From a virus (lineage: Duplodnaviria > Caudoviricetes): 64,000 nt of DNA. Positions 58,031-64,000 of this stretch are shown piece after piece; the stretch's first letter is position 1, and each line of letters begins with the position of its first letter. The notes under the pieces were generated by a model. The model saw only the letters and a program-made list of their open reading frames with translations. It was not told where the DNA came from and did no database searches. The stretch lies in IMG/VR virus record IMGVR_UViG_3300044551_000092, positions 142,291 through 206,290 of that record, one strand, 5' to 3'. A program made the translations under genes and the position numbers.

Positions 58031-58465
58031 TCATATATTTTGCAAATAGGCTCTTAACTGTTCAATCGATTCAAATCCAATAGGTTTTAATCCCTTATCA
58101 TAAAAAAGAACTTCCAATATAACTTCCAACAATTCAGATTTTGTAATTGGAACTCCTCCATTTAATTTGTTTTCTGTTGAAAAATTACGTATAAAGTGGA
58201 CGAGATCCCGATTATAAACTTGCATATTAGAAAGCCAGGGGCGCACCCCATAGACACTGTCATCTAAGCCGGGGCGTCGAATTTTGTCAAAAGCTGACTT
58301 AATTTTCTTAGCCGGAAAAGTGCGAGTTTGACTCATTTCACTTCTTGGTGTGGGCTCAACAACAGTCTCTTGGGTTGAACGATGAATTTTATTTGCTAAT
58401 AGAGAAGTATCTAGTTGAGTTGCTTTATTTTGATGAGCTTTTCTCATCATATCTTTTGCTCCCAT
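58031..58465 (-). CDS. Putative DNA-binding (partition-adaptor-like) protein
   Basis: Disordered basic N-terminus; C-terminal ITKSELLEVILE helix; RBS GGAGGGAG. Confidence 0.4.
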   Translation of the reverse strand: MGAKDMMRKAHQNKATQLDTSLLANKIHRSTQETVVEPTPRSEMSQTRTFPAKKIKSAFDKIRRPGLDDSVYGVRPWLSNMQVYNRDLVHFIRNFSTENKLNGGVPITKSELLEVILEVLFYDKGLKPIGFESIEQLRAYLQNI

Positions 58466-58542
58466 CGATATTCTCCCTCCAATCGTTACACCCATTATAG
58501 CATAGAAAATCATTAAGAAATATTTCTTAATAAAATAAGTGA

Positions 58543-59205
58543 TCAGGGAGCAAGTTGTTGATTTTTATATCCGTTAAGCTGCTGATTCAATAGATCTACA
58601 ATAGACCTGAGCTCCTGCGGGCTTAGTTCATTTAATTGATTAAAAGGATGTATGGCTTGATAGCAAATTTGCTGCAGATACTTTGAATTTATACCCGCTT
58701 GATTGGCTCTGATAAAAAGCTGATTAATTTGCGAAATTAATTGTTGCCGATCAGCTCTTGCTTGTTCGATATAAGGGACTTTGTCTATTTCTTCTTTGCT
58801 GCAAGAGCCAGAGTTATAGCCCATATTGTCGAGCGCGCGCCCCACTGCCGATTCTTCAGCATTTTCGACCCATGCAGATCGGTCAGCTCCGGTGCCGCCG
58901 GCAATCGAAAGCGAATAACCAATCCCATCAGCTTTAGTCAGAACGCCAATACTGGCCATTGTAACGCCGATATTTTTTGAAGAAACATTTTCGGTGAGCT
59001 GTTGAATGGTCTGTAACGTCTCAGGCGTCATTTGCTCAAAGACTTTCTTGTCTTTCCAAATTAATGCACCCATTAAAATGTAATTGTAAGACTGGTTAAT
59101 ATCAGATAGCGGTAGTGGAAAGATAACACTGTTTTTAAAATCATTACGGAGACGTTTTTTTCTTTGTTTGACCGTTTCGTATTCTGATAAGCTATTTTTG
59201 TTCAT
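58543..59205 (-). CDS. Second putative single-strand annealing protein (Rad52/Sak-like)
   Basis: WVENAEESAVGRAL..GY...S.EE motif. Confidence 0.5.
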   Translation of the reverse strand: MNKNSLSEYETVKQRKKRLRNDFKNSVIFPLPLSDINQSYNYILMGALIWKDKKVFEQMTPETLQTIQQLTENVSSKNIGVTMASIGVLTKADGIGYSLSIAGGTGADRSAWVENAEESAVGRALDNMGYNSGSCSKEEIDKVPYIEQARADRQQLISQINQLFIRANQAGINSKYLQQICYQAIHPFNQLNELSPQELRSIVDLLNQQLNGYKNQQLAP

Positions 59206-60484
59206 TTTTTTCCCTCTCTCGAACTCGTTCTTTTATTGTCTCATATGAAACACAGAATAATTCAGCAATTTGTCGAATAAATAAATCTAACTGTATTGGA
59301 TCCTGAACGGTCTGTAAAACCTTAATCACACGCTCCATCCGGTCACTTTTTGCTAAATTGATTTCATCGTAATGATATAAAATGTTATCCTGTGTTTCAC
59401 TGTAAATACGATTAATTTTCCATTGCTGAATAGACTGAGTATGTTTTTGCATATAGACGTGGAGATTGTCGTCAAATAAACCATACTGATTACAGAAATC
59501 ATCGGGATCCATATGATCAGGTAATGGCATAATAAGACACTTTAAGTCATGAAGGCGGAGCTTTACCTCATCGCGTTCAGCGGCCAGTAGGCCCGCTTCA
59601 TCGCCGTCCCGCATAAGAATGACTTGGTCAGCTCCAGCTCGCTTCAAGAGCTTTATCTGCGCTTCTGTGAGTGCCGTCCCCATGGTCGAGACGACATTAT
59701 TGACCTGATGCTTATGCAAATTAATGACGTCCGTATAGCCTTCGGTCAGAATGGCAGCATGTGATTCCCTGATATAGTCTTTAGCTAAATTTAAACCGTA
59801 TAGATGATCGCCTTTATTAAATCGATAGCGATCCTTATACTTAATCACTTGCTTGCCGGCTTGTTTTAGCATTTCGATCCGGGCACTGGAATACGGCAGC
59901 CGACCGGTGAAACTAACGAGATGGCCATCATAATCCCAAATTGGAAAAGTAATGCGTCCTACGGTATTCAGCAGTTCTTTGTTCTGATCATCTCCAAAGC
60001 CCAATTGCCATTGCACGATTTCCGTGAGACTGAAACCGCGGTCGGTCAGATAATTTAGCGCTTGATGATTCTCTTTCAAATTGGCCTGAAATCGCTTGTT
60101 TGCGGCTTCGAGATAAGTGGTCCATAACTCAGCCTTTTTCGCTGCCTCTTTCTCTTGTGGCGTCTGAGGTGGCAGAGTCATGCCACACATCTGAGCAAGT
60201 GTTTTAACCGCATCGTCAAAATTCAAATGGCCGGCGTTCATTAAAAAAGAAATAGGATCCGGACGTTTAACCGTACTATGATTCTTCGAACCGGCGCCAC
60301 AGGCATGGCAATAAAACGTATTATTATGTGGATTAACCTGCATGCTTGGATCCTTATCGGGATGAAATGGACAGAGCGCCAGATAATTGCTGCCAAATTT
60401 TCGCACGGCAGTAAACTGAGAAACCAGGGCAACAAGATCAACTGAACGGTTCAACTGATCTAGCCACTCTCTTGGGTAACTCAT
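59192..60484 (-). CDS. dnaG: DnaG primase
   Basis: CPFH.D..PS....FYCHAC zinc finger, GRITFPI, FTGR, LYGL, EGYTDV, GTALT, DGDEAG, DPDD. Confidence 0.92.
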   Translation of the reverse strand: MSYPREWLDQLNRSVDLVALVSQFTAVRKFGSNYLALCPFHPDKDPSMQVNPHNNTFYCHACGAGSKNHSTVKRPDPISFLMNAGHLNFDDAVKTLAQMCGMTLPPQTPQEKEAAKKAELWTTYLEAANKRFQANLKENHQALNYLTDRGFSLTEIVQWQLGFGDDQNKELLNTVGRITFPIWDYDGHLVSFTGRLPYSSARIEMLKQAGKQVIKYKDRYRFNKGDHLYGLNLAKDYIRESHAAILTEGYTDVINLHKHQVNNVVSTMGTALTEAQIKLLKRAGADQVILMRDGDEAGLLAAERDEVKLRLHDLKCLIMPLPDHMDPDDFCNQYGLFDDNLHVYMQKHTQSIQQWKINRIYSETQDNILYHYDEINLAKSDRMERVIKVLQTVQDPIQLDLFIRQIAELFCVSYETIKERVREREKNEQK

Positions 60485-60579
60485 AAATAGGCTCACCTTC
60501 TTAGAAATAAAATTGCAAAATATATGCCGACAGGCATAATAATGGCTTTCACCTATTTAACATAAGCGAAAGCCGAAAA

Positions 60580-61572
60580 TTATGATTCTACGTGAAGCAC
60601 ATAATCAGCCAGATGCCCTACTTGTTCAAACATCATCTTACGGAATTTATCCCGGTCCATCGTGAGCTGGACATTACTTAATGAAACATAATTATCGACA
60701 ATACTGATAATAAGCTGTTGCATCTGACGAATGCGTTTGGGATCCAGCTGATATTTCTGTCGAATTTTTAAATTTTCTTCTTTTAGCGAATCAACCTGTG
60801 CTTGCAGATCTTGAATCGTATTCAAATTTTTATTTCGCTCTTCAATTAAATTCTGAATGAGCTTTCTGTTTTCAGAGGTCGATAATTGTTGCGCAAGATC
60901 TTTAATGTAGACAAGAATCTCCTGTAGTGATTGGTTCATCACAGAAAGAACTTCCTTGTCATTATGTTGAATCAGATCATCAGCCTTTGGCACCCTCTTC
61001 ATAGTAGCAAGGTATTGTTGAATACGATCATCTAATGTTAAAGGTTTACTTACGAGTGGCTGAATACTTTTTTCTTTTTCTGGTTTAATATCTATCGGTT
61101 GAGAACTGATTTGTTCCTCCATTTCTTTTTTAATTAAGTCCTTTATGCTAGTATACTGATCCGGATAAATAACTGTGCTTTTGCTACTGTGATCAGCTGA
61201 CTTATTAGTTTTAGTGCTTTTCTTATTTTCTGTTTTAGACTCCTCTATTTGCTTTTGAGATTTATTCTCCAATTCTTTTGTGTTCAATTCTTGGCTTTGT
61301 TTCTGAATTTTTTTGTCCCATGACGATGATATACGGAACAACTCTTTATTATAGCTCCCGCGTGTACCTGTTGGAACAAGATAACCAAGATCAATTAGCC
61401 TTTTAACTCTGTATGTTGCAGAACTTGGCTTAATACCTAACATCTTACCTAGTTTAGTAGTTTTGATATCGTATTTATCTGAATGAGGAACCCGCATATG
61501 TTCCTTAATTAGACTGATAACCTGATCATCACGAACTTTATATGACCTACTCGCTAAAGCGGTATTCGGCAT
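60580..61572 (-). CDS. HTH + coiled-coil protein
   Basis: TTKLGKMLGIKPSSATYRVKRLIDLGYL winged HTH; C-terminal coiled coil. Confidence 0.6.
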   Translation of the reverse strand: MPNTALASRSYKVRDDQVISLIKEHMRVPHSDKYDIKTTKLGKMLGIKPSSATYRVKRLIDLGYLVPTGTRGSYNKELFRISSSWDKKIQKQSQELNTKELENKSQKQIEESKTENKKSTKTNKSADHSSKSTVIYPDQYTSIKDLIKKEMEEQISSQPIDIKPEKEKSIQPLVSKPLTLDDRIQQYLATMKRVPKADDLIQHNDKEVLSVMNQSLQEILVYIKDLAQQLSTSENRKLIQNLIEERNKNLNTIQDLQAQVDSLKEENLKIRQKYQLDPKRIRQMQQLIISIVDNYVSLSNVQLTMDRDKFRKMMFEQVGHLADYVLHVES

Positions 61573-61764
61573 CCGAACTCCTCCTGATTTCAAAATATAA
61601 ATAAAAGTAAATTAATCAATAACCTTTATTTATATTATATAACAGAAATCAAGAGTTTAATACTAAAAAACGCTAAAACAATTAGAAAGTTATTAAAAAC
61701 AAAATAAAAATATCTAAAAAAATGAAAAACACTTAGAATATGCATGAATATTATTTAATAACAT

Positions 61765-63753
61765 TTAGAAAAATAATTCTTTTTTCATCGTTTCGGGTAT
61801 TTCAGCAATAAAACGTGAAGGCTTATACGCCTGTTGCCCTCGTCCGTCCGGTCGCTGACGTTTATTCACGTAACTAATACATAGATCATCTTTAGCTCGT
61901 GTAATGGCCACATACATGAGGCGACGCTCCTCTTTTAAATCAGTATCATTTTGGCTTCGCCACCCCGGAAAAATTAATTCATTACAACCGACAACAAATA
62001 CATAACGAAATTCCAAACCTTTAGACGCATGAATAGTCATTAAGTGCACTGTGTTTTTTTCGCCATCTTCAGTGTCCGTGTCTGTAATTAAAGACAACTC
62101 TTGCAAAAATTCATCTAAAAATTTTTCTGGATTTTCTTCCTCATAATGCCCTGCCATTTTAATAAATTCATTTAGATTCTCTAATTTATCATCTTCATCT
62201 TTATTTTTTTCAGCGCGTACTTTATATAAGTGAGAAAGACCGGTATAGTCTGTTACATACTGAATAAAATGAGACAAAGATAAATTGGAATCTAATTTTG
62301 TTTCAAGATCATCTAACATTACCAAAAAAGTATGAATGGCTGCGAGAGTCCTTTTATTTAAGCCGCTGATTTCATCAGCCATTTTTAAGGCTTTATATAT
62401 ACTGATTTGATGATTAGATGAAAATTTCTCAATTTTCTCCTGCGTTGTTTTCCCTAATGATCGAGATGGTTTATTAAGAACACGTAGCATAGCGGCATCG
62501 TCTTTTCGGTTGTAAATCAGCCGAAGATAACATGTAAGATCTTTAATTTCCTCGCGTTCAAAAAAACCAGAGTTTCCAATAACTTTATACGGAATGAAAT
62601 TATTTACCATCAACTGTTCAAAAACGCCAGACTGATAACCATTACGATAGAGGACGGCAAAATCGGACCACTTATATGATTTATCAGCCAGCATGGTTCG
62701 TTTAATGACCGCGCCAACAAAAGCCGCTTCTTTATATTCATCTTCCAGTTGAACAATTTTAAGGGGTTTTCCTCCCCCTCGATTTGACACACTTTCCTTC
62801 GCATAAGGGTTCTTGTTGTTTGCAATTAAGGCGTTACTGGCTTTAACGATGTGATCGGTCGAACGATAGTTTTTCTCCAGTTTAATAACCTGACATGGGG
62901 CGAACGTCTTTTCAAACGACATGATGATACGAATATCACTGCCACGGAACCCATAAATAGACTGATCTGCATCGCCAACAACAAAAATATTGTTCTGGGG
63001 TTCGGCGAGTTTTTTTAATAAATGAAATTGTGCTGGATTGGTATCCTGGTATTCATCACACATGACATATTCAAACTTATTCTGCCAATAAGAAGCAACA
63101 TCGGGATACTGAGTCAATAACTGAACGGTATTCATAATTAAGTCGTCAAAATCCATTGCGTTAGCTTCCTGCAACATTAGTTGATAGCGCATGTAAACCT
63201 GCGCCATGACCTCATTGACTTCGCCCTCGGCTTCGTGAAGTAGGCAATAGTCCGCTGCCTGAAGTTTATTCTTAGCAGTGTCGATATAGTGCATGGCCAC
63301 GCCTGGTTTATATCGGCCATCAATTCCCATAGCTTTATAAATACGCTTGATAAGTTGAAGCTGGTCATATCCATCATAGATGACAAAACTACAACGACCG
63401 CCCTTTTTCTCATAACCAAGGCGGTCGCCGTGCCGACGGAGAATCCGGACACATAGGCTGTGAAACGTGCCCATCCAGACACGGTTCATGTCTTTTTCGC
63501 CGACAATCCTGCTTAGCCGTTCTTTCATCTCTTTTGCGGCCTTATTGGTAAATGTGGCGACAAAGATACGACTGGGATCAATACTATTCGCCATTAGATT
63601 GGCCAAACGAACGGTTAGTGTTTTGGTTTTTCCACTTCCGGCACTGGCAAGCACAAGAAAGCGCCCATCGATTTGCATGGCCGCTTCCCTTTGTTCATCA
63701 TTTAGTTGAGCGAGTAGTTCAGCTACTTGAAAAACATTAACCGGCAAAGTCAA
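61765..63753 (-). CDS. pcrA: PcrA/UvrD SF1 helicase
   Basis: LNDEQ, ASAGSGKT, TFTNKAA, TFHS, DEYQDTN, GDADQSIYGFRG, NYRS, TIHASKGLE, EERRLMYVAITRA. Confidence 0.95.
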   Translation of the reverse strand: MTLPVNVFQVAELLAQLNDEQREAAMQIDGRFLVLASAGSGKTKTLTVRLANLMANSIDPSRIFVATFTNKAAKEMKERLSRIVGEKDMNRVWMGTFHSLCVRILRRHGDRLGYEKKGGRCSFVIYDGYDQLQLIKRIYKAMGIDGRYKPGVAMHYIDTAKNKLQAADYCLLHEAEGEVNEVMAQVYMRYQLMLQEANAMDFDDLIMNTVQLLTQYPDVASYWQNKFEYVMCDEYQDTNPAQFHLLKKLAEPQNNIFVVGDADQSIYGFRGSDIRIIMSFEKTFAPCQVIKLEKNYRSTDHIVKASNALIANNKNPYAKESVSNRGGGKPLKIVQLEDEYKEAAFVGAVIKRTMLADKSYKWSDFAVLYRNGYQSGVFEQLMVNNFIPYKVIGNSGFFEREEIKDLTCYLRLIYNRKDDAAMLRVLNKPSRSLGKTTQEKIEKFSSNHQISIYKALKMADEISGLNKRTLAAIHTFLVMLDDLETKLDSNLSLSHFIQYVTDYTGLSHLYKVRAEKNKDEDDKLENLNEFIKMAGHYEEENPEKFLDEFLQELSLITDTDTEDGEKNTVHLMTIHASKGLEFRYVFVVGCNELIFPGWRSQNDTDLKEERRLMYVAITRAKDDLCISYVNKRQRPDGRGQQAYKPSRFIAEIPETMKKELFF

Positions 63754-63998
63754 CACATCCTTTTTTCTTGAAAGGCTTTCACAGCGCTGATAATTTGTTC
63801 TGCTCGGTTGAGTCAAGTGTGAGATTCCATGACTTTGGCTTGACCCGACTTTGCAACGTGCTGTAATTTCTCCGGATTACTGAGAATTTGCCTTACCTTT
63901 GTTCTAATGTTTTCCTTAAAAGAATAGGTTACTAATTCATCTTGACTGAAGTGGGCTTGAAAATATCGATTTTCATTAACAAGACTAAGGGCGCCTTG
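63750..63998 (-). pseudogene. 3' end of a glycosyltransferase (GT-B, CgeB-like) with an in-frame TGA; 5' part lies outside the window
   Basis: QGALSL..YFQAHF..ELVTY..ILSNPEKLQHVAKSGQAKVMESHT*LNRAEQII; TGA at 63813-63815 sits where HTW is expected. Confidence 0.6.
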
Positions 63999-64000
63999 AG

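Larger units (their letters stand above)
1..64000. mobile_element. Segment of a large phage-plasmid (plasmid prophage) of a Bacillales-type host
   Basis: Holin, GH25 endolysin, virion-like proteins and a self-encoded replisome co-occur with a Rep_3 initiator, iterons, RTP and type I TA modules. Firmicutes-type RBSs and Gram-positive LexA boxes; no host core operons. No capsid or terminase gene recognised in this window. Confidence 0.8.

Noticed and set aside
928-63740. Numerous 60-136 aa track ORFs nested in or antisense to long genes
   Set aside because: No RBS or recognisable motifs; explained as shadow ORFs.
1-64000. Genome-wide TGA recoding
   Set aside because: Many intact genes end in TGA with coupled downstream starts; only one in-frame TGA was noticed.
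1-64000. tRNA, rRNA, IS or transposase genes
   Set aside because: No cloverleaf T-loop signatures in the intergenic gaps and no transposase motifs seen by eye; a tRNAscan/Infernal run would be needed to exclude them formally.

Overview
64-kb segment of a large low-GC Bacillales-type phage-plasmid. No host housekeeping operons, rRNA, tRNA or CRISPR array were seen. Layout: (1) 1-11.9 kb (+): large, mutually paralogous virion-like proteins, a vWA protein and a holin. (2) 12-31.7 kb (+): replication, nucleotide-metabolism and lysis genes (Rad52-like SSAP, AEP primase, DnaB-like helicase, dCMP deaminase, S8 protease, RusA, sigma-like factor, Cas4-like nuclease, RemA, DnaE, GH25 endolysin, guanylate kinase). 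(3) 31.8-44.3 kb: accessory and maintenance island (YolD-like pair, two type I toxin-antitoxin modules missed by the ORF track, a lox/dif-like site, ATP-dependent ligase, LexA-boxed SRAP + Y-family polymerase, Type ISP restriction-modification enzyme, RTP homologue). (4) 44.3-46.2 kb: Rep_3-type initiator with a 13-copy iteron origin. (5) 46.3-64 kb (-): NUDIX, phosphatase, ATP-grasp, beta clamp, MTase-like/SF2 helicase pair, second SSAP, DnaG, PcrA. The most striking unexplained signal is a 10-residue N-terminal tag, M-E-L-[IL]-x-x-Y-[LV]-x-[RK], on seven small, mostly unrelated proteins spread over 39 kb and both strands. It is conserved as peptide but not as DNA and is a candidate packaging, targeting or docking signal. 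All family calls are by-eye motif recognition, not database searches. Several starts were moved to the codon following the best ribosome-binding site.
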